Source: Glaucostegus cemiculus (Eukaryota). From it: a stretch of 64,000 nt of DNA. The first letter of the stretch is position 1, and every line of letters begins with the position of its first letter. Location of the stretch: NCBI GenBank assembly GCA_976551045.1, contig CDPCPM010000292.1, positions 1 to 64,000 of the forward strand, written 5' to 3'. Of this stretch, positions 48,741 to 62,199 are shown piece by piece. A model generated the notes under the pieces. The model saw nothing but the letters and a program-made list of their open reading frames with translations. It ran no database searches and was not told where the DNA came from. The translations under genes were made by a program, and so were the position numbers.

Positions 48741-49094
48741 TCACACATTCTCCCTCGGTCTTTGAAAACAGTCAGAGCAGATATTGACAGATATTTGACA
48801 GAATCACAGGACTTTGGGATTGAGAGAGAAAGGGAACTGGACCTGGGAGATCAGCCAGGATCTACTGAACAGTGGAACTGGTCTGACAGGCGTGTGCCTG
48901 CCTCCTCCTCCTCTTTTTCATTCAATCTCTTCAGGAACGAGAGGCCTGAAGAACAGTGTCTTCATGAGCCCACCAGAAATGAGGTGAGGTGAACTGCCCT
49001 GCTCTGCTTGAAATCAGTCAACCCAGCAAGACTTGGGAACTACAGATGGGATATATTCCACCTCATGTGATATTCTGGGAAGTGGAGGCTCAAG

Positions 49095-49255
49095 GGGCAG
49101 CAGATGCTAGAATATGGAGCAACAAACAATCTGTTGGAGGAACTCAGCGGGTTGAGGGACACAGGTCTCGACCGGAAACAGTGACAATTCCTTTCCTCCC
49201 ACGGATGCTGCTCGACCCATTGAGTTCCTCCAGCAGACTGTTTGTTGCTCCAGGT
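49095..49255. mobile_element. Inverted Penelope pLTR pair with partial hammerhead (stem II + GAAAC)
   Basis: tggagcaacaaacaatctgttggaggaactcagcgggttgag ... ctcgacccattgagttcctccagcagactgtttgttgctcca; centre ggtctcgaccggaaac. Confidence 0.7.
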
Positions 49256-49711
49256 AGTGTATCTGACTATTAAATTCATCAGAGAGCTTCTTCCACTAAC
49301 TGCTGAGAATGATTTGTCAATTAAGGTTCATTTCATCTCTACAGTAGCATGGGTGTTCTGAAGTCATCTCATATTATTTCTATCTGGGTTTCTTTACCTA
49401 GGACATTATCACCAATGGCCATGCCTGCTTTGTTCCGTTAATAAATGTACTATCTTGTGATCGCCTCAGTGTAGGAATCAATTCAGTGCATCCACTTTGC
49501 ATTCAGCATTAGTATATTCTTTCCTAGGTTCGAGGCTAAAACTGCACACTGTACTCGCTCTAATGAGCTCGGGGACACAGTGACACCACAAGTCCGAGTC
49601 AAAAAAGAAAATGGGAAATTGCACTGACAGTCACCCCTGGGAATGACTGCGTTTGATTACACACCAGTGTTTCAGTTATATGTTCGGTGCTTCTGTTATA
49701 TCCTTCCTTCA

Positions 49712-50112
49712 GGGCAAGAACGACCAGGCTGAACAATAGCTTCTTTCCGCAAGCCATCAGAACTGCAAACTCTCTCATCCCTCCATCTTCCTTTGTTAAC
49801 ACTAAGAGATGCTAGATGCACAGAAATGCACCAGCACTTTAAATGCCCGACACCAGCCCGTTCACTTTAATAACTATTTATTTATCTACTGGCCATTTTT
49901 AATTTAATCTGCGTAATAATTTAATTTTAACCTCCATAGCTTCTAATGTGTAATGTTTTGTAACGTGTATTCTGCCCAGTGTGTATGTGTGTCTCTGTTG
50001 GTTGTTATGTTATTTTTATGGGACGAGCACCTAAGGAGGACGGTATCTCGCTCCTATGCATACTATGTATGTATATGGTTGTAACAATAAAACTGATTCT
50101 GATTCTGATTCT
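49712..50112 (+). mobile_element. Rex1/Babar 3' end, same subfamily as 1201-2470
   Basis: Near-identical to 2121-2470 (cagggcaagaacg.ccaggctgaacaatagcttctttccgcaagcc...), (ctgatt)n tail. Confidence 0.9.
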
Positions 50113-50166
50113 TTATCAGGAGACATTGCTGTAGTTCCAGTCACGAGTTCTGTTTGCTGCAGTTCA

Positions 50167-50682
<516 letters not shown>

Positions 50683-51589
50683 TTACTGCGTCCAAAAAAA
50701 AAAGCACATAATGCATCCAAACTGGACTTCCATCCATGTTCTTAACCACAAATAGTTCATTTAAATAACCTTCATTAATTTTCTTGCTAAAACATTAGCA
50801 AGAAAAAGAAAATCTACAATTTAAGCAGTGATTAAATACAACTCATTGCTGTAACTATCATAATCTTCAGTTTTTGACTATCAATACACAATGAATCATT
50901 ACAATCTGCAGCACAAGCCAAAATCTCATTCCACTGAACCTGTGTTCACTCTAACAGAGCCATTCGAGAACAGTCCCACACTCCTGTTCTCTGCCCCGGC
51001 ATCAAATATTTATTAGCATTCATCCAATTCTCCCTTAAGATGCTATTGTCTCTGCCCAGATCACTCCAGTGCGGAGGGATTAGCCATTTCAAATGTGTAC
51101 ATCACCTATTTTCAATTAAAACATCCACTTGTCTTTACCTTGCACCTTCACACCGTAAAACACTTTAAGCTGCTTCAGAGGCCTGTCATCAGGTTTGATG
51201 CCGAGAATAGGAAGGAGATATGAGAAAGCTGTCCAAACCAATAGACCAAGAGGTAAAGCAGGGGAATGGGAGAAGGAGTGAATTAGAGAAGGAATTCTGG
51301 ATGTAAGCCCTAGATCTAAAATGATAATTTAAGCTACAAGTTATCAATGTGGGCATTTTATGACCTCTGGAATTGTCTCCCCAAAGCTCTCCCATTCTCC
51401 ACTTGACCCTCCATGACACCTTAAACCAACTCTTTCGACCACGGTTTTGGTCATCTTCTTAACGTCTCAGTCTGTGGACCAATGTCTGATCCTGCTCCTG
51501 TGAAGCAACGTGGGTCATTGCACCAAAATAGAGGTGCAATGTATAAACTGTGCCACCATGAGTGCTCCTCCAAATACTTCAACTGTATC

Positions 51590-52270
51590 ATGGAGTCATG
51601 CAATTATACAGCACGGAAACAGGCCCTTCAGCCCAACTTGCCCATGCTGACCAAGGTGCCTTCCTGAGTTAGTCCCATTTGCCTGCATTTGGCCCATATC
51701 CTTCTGACCCTTCCCTATCCACGTACCTATCCAAGTGTCTTTTAAACATTGTAAGTGTGCCTGCAACTGTCACTTGCTCTAGCAGCTCGTTCCACATACT
51801 GTGTCCTCGAGTCTTAGATTCCTCTACCCTAGGGAAAACACTGTGACCAATCACCTTATCTATGTCCCTCATGGTTCCATAAACCTCTGTAAGGTCACCT
51901 CAGCATCCTTCACTCCAGGGAAAACAATCCCAACTGATCCAGTCTCTCCATACAACCCAAGCCTCCAGTCCTGGTAATACAGCAGCGAATCTTCTCCGCG
52001 CCCTCCCCAGCCCAATCACATCCCTTCTACAGCTGGGCGCCCAGAACTATACACAATATTCCAGGTGATGACTGGCATTGGTATTGGTTTATTATTGTCA
52101 CTTGTACCGAGGTACAGTGAAAAACTTGTCTTGCAAACCAATCGTACAGATCAATTCATTACACAGTGCATTGAGGTAGTACAGGGTAAAAATAGTAACA
52201 GAATACGGAGTAAAGTGTCACAGTTATAGGGAAGTGCATTGCAGGTAGATAATAAGGTGTAAGGTCAAAC
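51590..52270 (-). mobile_element. CR1 3' fragment (51590-52070) adjoining a Rex-Babar tail (52075-52270)
   Basis: MRDIDKV...FPRVEESKTRGH ORF; ggtattggtttattattgtcacttgtaccgaggtacagtgaaaaac tail. Confidence 0.75.
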
Positions 52271-52559
52271 AAGGTGCCAGCTCTCTAGTCAAGAATGAAC
52301 AAAAATATTTGGGGGAATGTTTGAGCAAGAGGATATCTGCTCTTGCTAATAACTCACCCAGTATATTTTCCCCATGTAACCAGTGCACATCACACTGGAT
52401 ATACTGGCTCGGGCTGGCTTCATCTGATTCAGTCCCACAGTTTGCTTCCTTCCTGCCTTCACCCCAATGTATAATTTTGTGTGCCAGCTCCTTTGTCTGA
52501 GCACCCAGCATCTGGTCACCTTGCTCCCTCTCTAAGCCCCATTAATATAGATGAACTAA

Positions 52560-52865
52560 GTTTGGGCCACAATACTCAGTTGGTGCTACTGGAGGACAAA
52601 AGATGTCAGTGCGGAGTTTGCACATTCTCCCTTTAAATTCCTGAGTTTACTCTGGATGCCCTGGATTCCTCCCACATCCCAAAGGCTTGTGGGTTGGAAG
52701 GTTAATTACCCAATGTAAAATGACCCTCGTTCAGAGGAGAGTGGCAGAATCTTTGAGACGTTGATGGGAATGGGACGGGGAGAATAAACTGGGATGAGTA
52801 TAAAGTGGCATTTGCAGGTCGGTGTGGACATAGCAAGCAGAGCAATCTGTTTCTATGCTGTATAC
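52560..52865 (+). mobile_element. Degenerate HE1-like V-SINE
   Basis: gcggagtttgcacattctcc...ttcctcccacatcccaaag V-domain. Confidence 0.6.
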
Positions 52866-53599
52866 CAAGATCCACCTAGCTCACCCTCGACCACACTGAT
52901 CAACAGAGTCATTGATTAGTCATAGCAATTACTGTCCACGACTAGTCTACAATGGGCCTGGACTTGGACTCAATGTGGAGCGCTCTGGAAAACACAGGCC
53001 TAGAGCCAAACCAAATCTGCATCTGAAAACTAAACAGCTTCATTAACTTTTGTAAAGACCAAATGCTCCATCTTACCAAGATGCCACAGTTCCCGAGAGC
53101 TTCCATCTCTTATGTGCTTTCCCCCCCAAGAGCATCAATACTTTTGTGCATTCCACATTCTCTGGCAATGGTATTCCCAAATGGCACTGATCTGAGGCAA
53201 GTGAACACCCAAAGAATGCGTGTTGGGATGTTTGTACTTTACCATTATAAATGGGCAGATTTTCTCTTATGAAATCGCTTAAAAATGATCAGCAAGCTCT
53301 TTGCTCAATTTCCCGGCACACAATCACGCAGGGGAAATCTCTCCCCCTGGTGTCTGACTTCAGATTGAATTGTCAGTTTTGAACACATGCAGCACTTACT
53401 TAACAATAAAGCAGTTATGAGAGAGTTGCATTTGAGTTACACCAACTGACCTCAATAGACGTAGCAAAGTATTAAACTGAGTAAAATATCTCAATTTATT
53501 CCCTGGATGAGAGAGTGCCTGGAGGAGACTGCTAATTATATCTGATGTGCAGAAGAGGAATGAATGGAAGCAGCAAACAATGGTTGGAAAGAAGTAATC

Positions 53600-54530
53600 T
53601 TTAGAGTCATAGAGTTATCCAGCATAACTTGTCCATGCTGACCAAGATGCCTATCTAAGCTAGTCTTATTTGCCTGCATTTAGCCCACAAACATTTTTTT
53701 TAAATCCATGTACCTGTCCAAATGTCTTTTAAGCATTGGAATTGTACCCACTCTACAGCCTCTGGCAGCTCGTTTGATACACCCACTACCCTCTGTGTGA
53801 CAAACTTACCCTTCAGATCCCCTTTAAATCTTTCCCCTCTCACCTTAAACTTATGTCCTCTAATTTTAGACTCCCTACCCTGGGAAAAAGACACTGGCTA
53901 TTTATCTTATCTATGCTCCCCATGATTTTATAACCCTCTATAAGATAAGATTTCTTTATCAGTCACATCTTCATTGAAGCACACAGTGAAATGCATCTTT
54001 TGCGTAGAGTGTGCTGGGGGCAGCCCGCACGTGTTGCCACACTTCTGGCGCCAACATAGCACGCCCACAACTTCCTAACCCGTACGGCTTTGGAATGTGA
54101 GAGGAAACCGGAGCACCCGGAGGAAACCCACACAGACACAGGGAGAACGCACAAACTCCTTACAGACAGTGGCTGGAATTGAACATGCGTTGCTGGCACC
54201 GTAATAGGATTACACTAACCGCTACACTACCGTGATCACCTCTCAGCCTCCTGAGCTCCACAGAAAACCGTCCCAGCGGATCCAGTCTCTCCTTTAGCTC
54301 AAGCGCTCCAGTCTCAGCAACATCCTTGTGAACCTTTTCTGCACCCCGTCTACCTTAATCACATCCTTCCTAGAGCATGGCTACCAAAACAGCACACAAC
54401 ACTCCCAGTGCAGGCTAAAGGGTGCAGTTTTGTATGATGTAACATGACATCCCAACTCTTGTACTCAATGCCATGGCCAATGAAGGCAAGTGTGCCATGT
54501 GCCCTCACCACCCTGCCTACTTGTGTCACC
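53600..54530 (-). mobile_element. CR1 3' fragment split by a V-SINE
   Basis: RGHKFKVRGERFKGDLKGKF ORF; sequence resumes after 54234 with LAFIGHGIEYKSWDVML. Confidence 0.8.
53940..54234 (-). mobile_element. V-SINE, tail type A
   Basis: Full head, V-domain and tail. Confidence 0.85.
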
Positions 54531-54562
54531 ACTAATATTCCCATCTTACGGGAGGGCACGGG

Positions 54563-54867
54563 AGGGCACGGTAGTGTAGGGGTGAGCGTAATGCTTTACA
54601 GCACCAGCGACCCTGGTTCAATTCCAGCCGCTGTCTGTGAGGAGTTTGTACATTCTCCCCGTGTCTGCGTGGGTTTCCTCCGGGTGCTCCAGTTTCCTCC
54701 CACATTCCAAGTACATACAGGTTAGGAAGTTGTGGGCATGCTATGTTGGCGCCAGAAGCTTGGTGACACTTGTGGGCTGCCCCCAGAACACTCTACGCAA
54801 AAGATGCATTTCACTGTGTGTTGCAAAGTACATGTGACTAATAAAGAGATCTTATCTCTTATCTTAT
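54563..54867 (+). mobile_element. V-SINE, tail type A
   Basis: Full head, V-domain and tail with (atctt)n end. Confidence 0.85.
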
Positions 54868-55036
54868 TCAAATCTTAGGCTTTATTGTTTTTCTCCAACT
54901 GTTCCATTTAACATATGCCTGACAGAGAGGTCCAAGGATGCACAACCACAGGGATTGTAAGGTGGCAGGTTAGGATGAGAGGGTTGTTTCCAAAACAGAG
55001 GACTGTCTGACCAGGAGCCCAAACACTGAGTGTGGG

Positions 55037-55288
55037 ACAAAGGCAGTTCTGGACCAGCACCTGTGGGAAATGTTGAAGAACTCTGCAGTTATAGAGGTCC
55101 TCTGTGTTTATGAACAAGGCCTTAACCTGGGCTTTGTGACTGATGAACATGCAGGTGTAGTTTCTGTTCTCATACAACAAGCAGCAAGGCTGACCGCTGA
55201 CCTGACAGATGCGCCTGTGAATTGCCTGGAGTTGGATATTGGACAGATCATGGTGCAGAAACATGGAAACATCACCATCGCTGTGTGA
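55037..55288 (+). pseudogene. LAMTOR5: Processed pseudogene / retrocopy of LAMTOR5 (HBXIP, Ragulator subunit)
   Basis: [83 protein letters not shown] aligns with recalled [91 protein letters not shown]; no introns; start codon position is ACA. Confidence 0.9.
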
Positions 55289-55394
55289 GGGCCTGAGCGC
55301 ACTGAAGAGGTGGAGTTCGGTTGTTTGAAGCACAGAGCTTTGTTGGCATAGCTCCTGCAGTGGGATATGCATATCTCATGTCAAGTAATGTCAC

Positions 55395-55948
55395 TTCACA
55401 TCAATTCAAGTGGAGTCAAGGGCACAAGTGTGGTAAGGTACAGGCAGAATGAAAAACTTGATGGCAATAGCATCACAGGCATGTAGGTACTGACAATGCA
55501 CACATTAGTTACACATAAATATACATAAATTATACAAGACAGTGAAGAAAAAAGACTGCAAAACAAGATATTAGTGCAAAGAAAATACACAATAAGAGAC
55601 AAGTCCATGGTGGTCATAGTATGCCGTTGCTGAGGTAGGATTAGGATTGTGCAGGTCTGTTCAAGAACCTAATGTTTGCTGGAAAGTTCCTGAACCTGGT
55701 GGTGTGGGACTCCAGGCCTGTGTACCTCCTGCCCGATGGTAGTAGGGAGAAGAGGGCATGACTCAGATGGTGGGGATCCTTGATGATAGATGCCGCCTTC
55801 TGGAGGCAGCACCTCAGGTACATGCTTTCTAAGTGGGGAGGGCTGTTCCCATGATGGACCGGGCTGCGTTCACTGCTCTCTGCAGCCTCTCCCATTCCTG
55901 TGCGTTGGAACTGCCGTACCAGACCATGATGCAACCAGTCAGGATACT
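55395..55948 (-). mobile_element. Rex1/Babar 3' fragment
   Basis: KAASIIKDPHHLSHALFSLLPSGRRY ORF 55641-55934. Confidence 0.85.
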
Positions 55949-56090
55949 TAGTGTTAAGCCTTCAAACGACAACCTCTGACATAGATACCAAGTCAGTGAC
56001 ACGCTGGGATGGAGCAGGGAGTGAGGGGAAATAAGAACTGTTTTTTTATCTATAAGTTTAGAATTAAATGTAAACTCAGCAGAAAATAAA

Positions 56091-56642
56091 GACTCTGCGC
56101 TCAGTGGGCTGTCCCAGGGACACACACGAAGACAAAAATGAAAGATCATCAGCTGGGTGAAAGGCACACTTTAGTCTGCCCGAAACTTGTTGGTCTTCTA
56201 GAAAAGTGAGGTGTCTGTGAGGGAAAGCTGCCGCCTGGCACATTCCACGCTGCTGGAGTACATGTTAAGGGACTCGTACGGGACGAGTTCAGTTAGGCAA
56301 CTTGGTCGGCATGGACGGGTTGGGCTGAAGGGCCCGTTTCCGTGCTGCAGAGCTTTATGACTACAAGGACACATTGAAGCTCGGTGCAGCCAATGAAAAG
56401 GCTCCACAATGAAGGCGTGCAGTCGAGGGTTTCACTGCCAACGGACACGGCGGGATTATCCTGTGTAACTGAAGGGTGTGTTGTTCAAAATGGCCACTTG
56501 AGGGGCATTGACACCTTGTTTACAATTGTAGTAGTTTGATGACACAACAATTGTACCTTTTACACAACACTATGAATGTACAGAAAGCCACGTACTGTTC
56601 TGTATATCAGTTTAATGAATAAAGTTTACTTTGGAAAAAAAA
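56091..56642 (+). mobile_element. Tx1/L1-clade LINE 3' end with AATAAA and A-tail (short CR1 tail inserted at ~56273-56365)
   Basis: KIISWVKGTL*SARNLLVF*KSEVSVRESCRLAHSTLLEYMLRD/TLKLGAANEKA (W..RN..VF motif of L1/Tx1 ORF2 C-termini); AATAAA 56618-56623, A8 56635-56642. Confidence 0.65.
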
Positions 56643-56749
56643 GACCAAAGCTCTCCCGATGCTGACCCCTGTGATGTCCTCAATGGTGGGATACTGCACT
56701 GCAAGTATTTTGGTGGTGCGGGGCTGTTTTTGCCCCCTCCCCGGAAAAA

Positions 56750-57063
56750 AATGTTCTTAAGCCAAAGGCGCCAACAGGCACATTCGAGGGTGAGGGGGTC
56801 CGTGCTGAAGGAGGCACTGAAGCTCCCACAGAGTCCCTGTGAGGAAGGACCACAATCTGGGGTCCTGGTGCCGCTGGACACGGAGGGACTAGGTCCTGTA
56901 TAACAGCTTCTCACTGATGCAATGATTAAGCAAGAAACATTGGTGATGATGACACATTGTAAAGGGAATGTGTTGAATTGTTTGGAACTATATGAAGAAA
57001 GTGACATGTGCTGATTGTATTTACTGTGTATATGATGAATTAAGTATGGTTTGGGAAAAATAA
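56750..57063 (+). mobile_element. Second, shorter Tx1/L1-clade 3' end
   Basis: RQQAHSRVRGSVLKEALKL parallels CRLAHS...VLRDALKL of the copy at 56091; ends gaattaagtatggtttgggaaaaataa. Confidence 0.55.
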
Positions 57064-57699
57064 GCACACAGTTCCTTGTCCTCAGTTGCTTCCACTGGGC
57101 ACAGAGTACAGAGGCAGCTCTGCATTATGCTCCTTTTTTCTTTAAAGCTGACCTCAGTGTAATTGAACATGGGAGCAGAAACGTAATGCCAAGTCATGAT
57201 CTTATCTGTTTAGTACGAGTTGCATTTCTAAGTTACATTAGGCTTTTATCAGCTGCAATCCTGTATCCAGTTGTGTGTACCACACCTCAGGCTGAATGTC
57301 AAAACCTTGTAGAAGGTACAATGGAGTTTTTTTTCTTTTTTTTAAATTTAGAATCTGGGCATTGCTGGCAAGTCCAGTACTTATTGCCCATTGTTAATTG
57401 TTCTTGAGAAGGTGGTGGCGAGCCACCTTCTTGAATTGCTGCGGTCCTTCTGAAGGCAGTCGTGCTCTTGGGAAGGTCGCTTTTGTATTCAGACCCAGTG
57501 ATGATGGAGGTCTGGTGTGAACTTTATGGGAACCCGGAGGTGCCCTCATCCGCACGGGTTTGGGAGGTGCTGTTGCAGTAATCTAATAGTAGCCTGGATG
57601 TGAGGGAGAGAGGGAGGGAGAGGGGCAGAGGACGCGGGTGTCCTTGAAGAAGCTGGGATGACCATCCTAAGAGTAGAAAATATTCCACAAGTCCTTTAT

Positions 57700-58520
57700 T
57701 AAAGCTTTTCCCAAATTATGAAGAATTTTGACGTACAGGTCAGCAACTGTTTACACACACGAGGAGGTCAGTAACTGGAGGACTCAGAATTAAGGCAACT
57801 AACATGCATTGGAGGCAATACTCAACTAATTGCTGGGATGTGTGGGTTGCCTTATGAGGAATGGGATCGGCTTATATCCACTGGTGTTTAGAAGAATTTA
57901 GGGAAGACTCGATGGAAACATATGCAGCGGATGTGGAGGGAATGTTTCTTCTTCTGAAAGAATCTGCAACTAGGAGTCACTTATTAAAAATAAAATGTTG
58001 TCCACTTCAGACAGAGACGAGGCAATTCTTTTCACTCAGTTGGTTATGAATCTCTGGGGCTCTCCCTGAAAGGGAGCAGTGGCCTTGGATTTTTTTAAGA
58101 CAGAAGAAAACAGTTTCTTGATAAGGTGACCAAGGGTAGATGGTAATACAGAAGTAAATATCTTGACTGAATTGATGGAACTTAAGAAATGGTGGAACAG
58201 GTTTGAGGGGCCAAGTGGCCTGCTCTTGCTCCTAAATCCATACGAAGGTGTTGGAACCAGAGGGTGGGTGAAAGAATGGTTTAGAGAGCAATCCAGTGGT
58301 TTCCACAGACTCAGTGGCAGGAGTACACCATTCGGCCTCTTGAACCTGGTCTACCAACTCAATACAATCACGGACGATTTTCCATAGCTCCCTGCATCCC
58401 CTAGATGCCTTTTGTCCTATCTCCTTCTTAAATACTTTCAGTGACTTGGCCTCTACAGATCTCTCTGGCAGAGAATTCCCCAGGTTCACCACCTTTCAAG
58501 TGAAGAAATTTCTCTTCAGT
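57700..58520. mobile_element. CR1 3' fragments (+ ~57700-58240, - ~58300-58520)
   Basis: gaggggccaagtggcctgctcttgctcct tail; minus VNLGNSLPERSVEAKSLKVFKKEI. Confidence 0.6.
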
Positions 58521-59254
58521 GTTTTGCGTGTATTTTGAAAACAAATCCTTGTTGTTGACCACTGACTACCCCCATCCTCCAACCCCCAACCACACGGTAA
58601 AGGGTGAAAGAAAGGACAGGCTAACTGGACGGCTCTTTTAGATACTATCTGCACCATAATATTCCAGGATTCAATAAATTATTCTCACTTATTAAAAATA
58701 AATTTATGAAAACAAAACCATTAATGGCAAACATAAACTGAAATGACACAAGTATCTGAAATAATATCTTAAGCAATTTCTAAAAATAGAAAGAGGTAAA
58801 AGAAAAAAATAAACACTTTCATTTTCCAAAAGGTGTTTTCTCTGGTTCCATGGTAACATACCAGCTATACTGAGGAAAATTTAAATCCAACTTGTATGGA
58901 AAGAAAAAATAGAGAATAAGACAAGGGAACAGGTACTAAAGACCCTGAATCACTCTGATATGGACCAGTGTGTTAGCACCATACCTTCTGAGACTGATGA
59001 TTGTGGATTCAGCTGCCTCCTAGCTGCCAATTGTCCAACACTTCACTCCAGAACTGTCGGACTGTCACAGTACAGGCTGGGGACAATATGTTGAACTATG
59101 TTCTTGTGTGTTTGCTTGGGTGTACGTGAAAGATTCAAATTCAAGTTATTTGAAGAATATTCTGACCATCATTCATTTCTTGGCCAACATCGTCAAACAA
59201 ATTCAACCAACAATAGACAGAGAAACTTTAATTAATGATAATTAATTCTATTTA

Positions 59255-59520
59255 GAAACATAGAAAACCTACAGCACAATACAGGCCCTTCGGCCCACAA
59301 AGTTGTGCCGAACATGTCCTTAACTTAGAAATACTAGGCTTACCCATAGCCCTCTATTTTTCTAAGCTCCACGTACCTATCCAGCAGTCTCTTAAAAGAC
59401 CCTATCGTATCCACCTCCACCACTGTTGCCGGCAGCCCATTCCACACACTCACCACTCTGAGTAAAAAATTTACCCTGACATCCCCTCTATACCTACTCC
59501 CCAGCACCTTAAACCTATCT
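59255..59520 (-). mobile_element. CR1 3' end
   Basis: agaaacatagaaaacctacagcacaatacaggcccttcggcccac tail. Confidence 0.8.
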
Positions 59521-59881
59521 GTAAATTGCCAAAGTTCACAATATGAATATTATATTTAAATTATAATTCTTTTGCTTTATCTTCATTTTCTTGATGCCCA
59601 TCTTAATGCCTGTTGGCACAAAGGTCTGAAAGTCCTTTCTTTACCTCTGACCCTTTACTCTAGTTTGTTTACGCTTATTAAACATCTTATTCTGGTCCTC
59701 ATTTATAAATATTCCATTGTTCAAGTACTTCCACATCACTGCTTCATTGGGTAGGAATGAGAGGAGGTTGTTGTGCCCATCAAGTGTGTCCTGCCATTCA
59801 CTGAGATCACACCTGTGGCATCTCCAACTGCAACTCAGTTTTATCCCAGAGTGTCCAAAGCAGCGGAAATCTTTATATTTA

Positions 59882-60630
<749 letters not shown>

Positions 60631-60854
60631 TATGATCCTGCATTAGCCATTTCATAGAGTTATAGAGGAGGCAAAGAGGCCATTTTGCCCCACTCAGCCG
60701 TACATGCTCTTTGTTAGAGACTCTCCAACACTTCCTCTGCTGTTTTCCTACTCAAACCTACATCCAATTCCCCTTTGAAGTTTGTTCTGAATCTCCTTCC
60801 ACTACTGCTTCAGGCTGTGTTATTGTGTTATAGATCACAATTCAGCACACAAAA

Positions 60855-61110
60855 GTGCTGGGGGGAAAATATAGGGGAGATGTCCGGGGTAAGTTTTTTA
60901 CTCAGAGAGTGGTGAGTGCGTGGAATGGGCTGCCGGAGATGGTGGTGGAGGCGGATACGTTAGGGTCTTTCAAGAGACTGTTGGATAGGTACATGGAGGT
61001 AAATAAGATAGAAGGCTATGGGTAAGCCTAATAGTGTGGGCACATGTTCGGCACAGCTTTGTGGGCTGAAGGGCCTGAATTGTGCTGTAGGTATCTATGT
61101 TCTATGTTCT
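60855..61110 (+). mobile_element. CR1 3' end, same subfamily as 39070-42421
   Basis: Near-identical to 42170-42421; (ctatgtt)n tail. Confidence 0.9.
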
Positions 61111-61287
61111 AATCATCTCCTCTCACCATTCATGTTACCTGACCCTCCTGTGGCCACCAAAACCCATCATTATTTTGAATGCACCCATGCAATCTCCAAA
61201 TAACTCATCAGCTCTGATGAAGAACATCCTAATTCTCCACTCTTCTTACATCATGTTAATCTTCTCACATGTAGAACAAAGCTATCA

Positions 61288-61870
61288 TTGAGTACTGAGT
61301 ATAGGAATTGGGATGTTATAGTGAGTTTGTATAAGACATTGGTGAGGCCAAATTTGGAGTATTGTGTGCAGTTCTGGTCACCTAGCTATAGGACGGATAT
61401 CAGTAGGAGAGTGCAGAGGAGATTTACTAGAATGTTGCCGGGTCTTCAGGAGTTGAGTTACAGGGAAAGATTGAACTTTAGGACTTTATTCCTTGGAGTG
61501 GAGAAGAATGAGGGGAGATTTGATAGAGATTTACAAAATTATGAGGGGTACAGACAGAGTTAATGCAAGTAGGCGCTTTCCACCTAGATTAGGAGAGATA
61601 AGTACATGGCTTTAGGGTGAAAGGGGAAAGATTTAGGGGGAACTTCTTTACTCAAAGAGTGGTGGGAGTGTGGAATGGGCTGCCATCTGATGTGGTAAAT
61701 GCAGGGTCACTCTTAAGTTTTAAGAATAAATTGGAAAGATACATGAATGGAAGAGGTCTGGAGAGTTATGGACTGGGTGCAGGTCAATTGGACTAGTGGA
61801 ATAAAGTTTTGGCAATGACTAGAAGGGCCGAATGGCCTGTTTTCTGTGCTGTAGTGTTCTATGGTTCTAT
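61288..61870 (+). mobile_element. CR1 3' fragment
   Basis: [25 protein letters not shown]; tail gtgttctatggttctat. Confidence 0.85.
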
Positions 61871-62199
61871 AAGTGTTGAATCAAAAAGGTAATTAAAATC
61901 AATTGGTATAATTGTTTTGCTGATTTATACCAGAGGATGTTACAGATGCAATTATAACATGAAACATGTCAGTGTTATACTCTAATACTGACTGGGACTA
62001 CCTAAGTGTTAAGGGATTAGATGGGGAAGAATTTGTTAAGTGTGTCCAGGAAAGTTTTCTGAAGCAATCTACCAGATAAGGGGCTAAACTCAACCCCCTC
62101 TTTGGAAATGAGGCTGGACAAGTGGTTGACATGTTGGTAGGGGAGACCAGTGACTATAGCTCTATTAGTTTCAAGATAGAGAGCTTTGCCCTCTCCCTA

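Noticed and set aside
56618-56642. AATAAA plus A8 as the poly(A) tail of the LAMTOR5 retrocopy
   Set aside because: The preceding 550 nt translate as a Tx1/L1-like ORF2 end, so the tail belongs to that element
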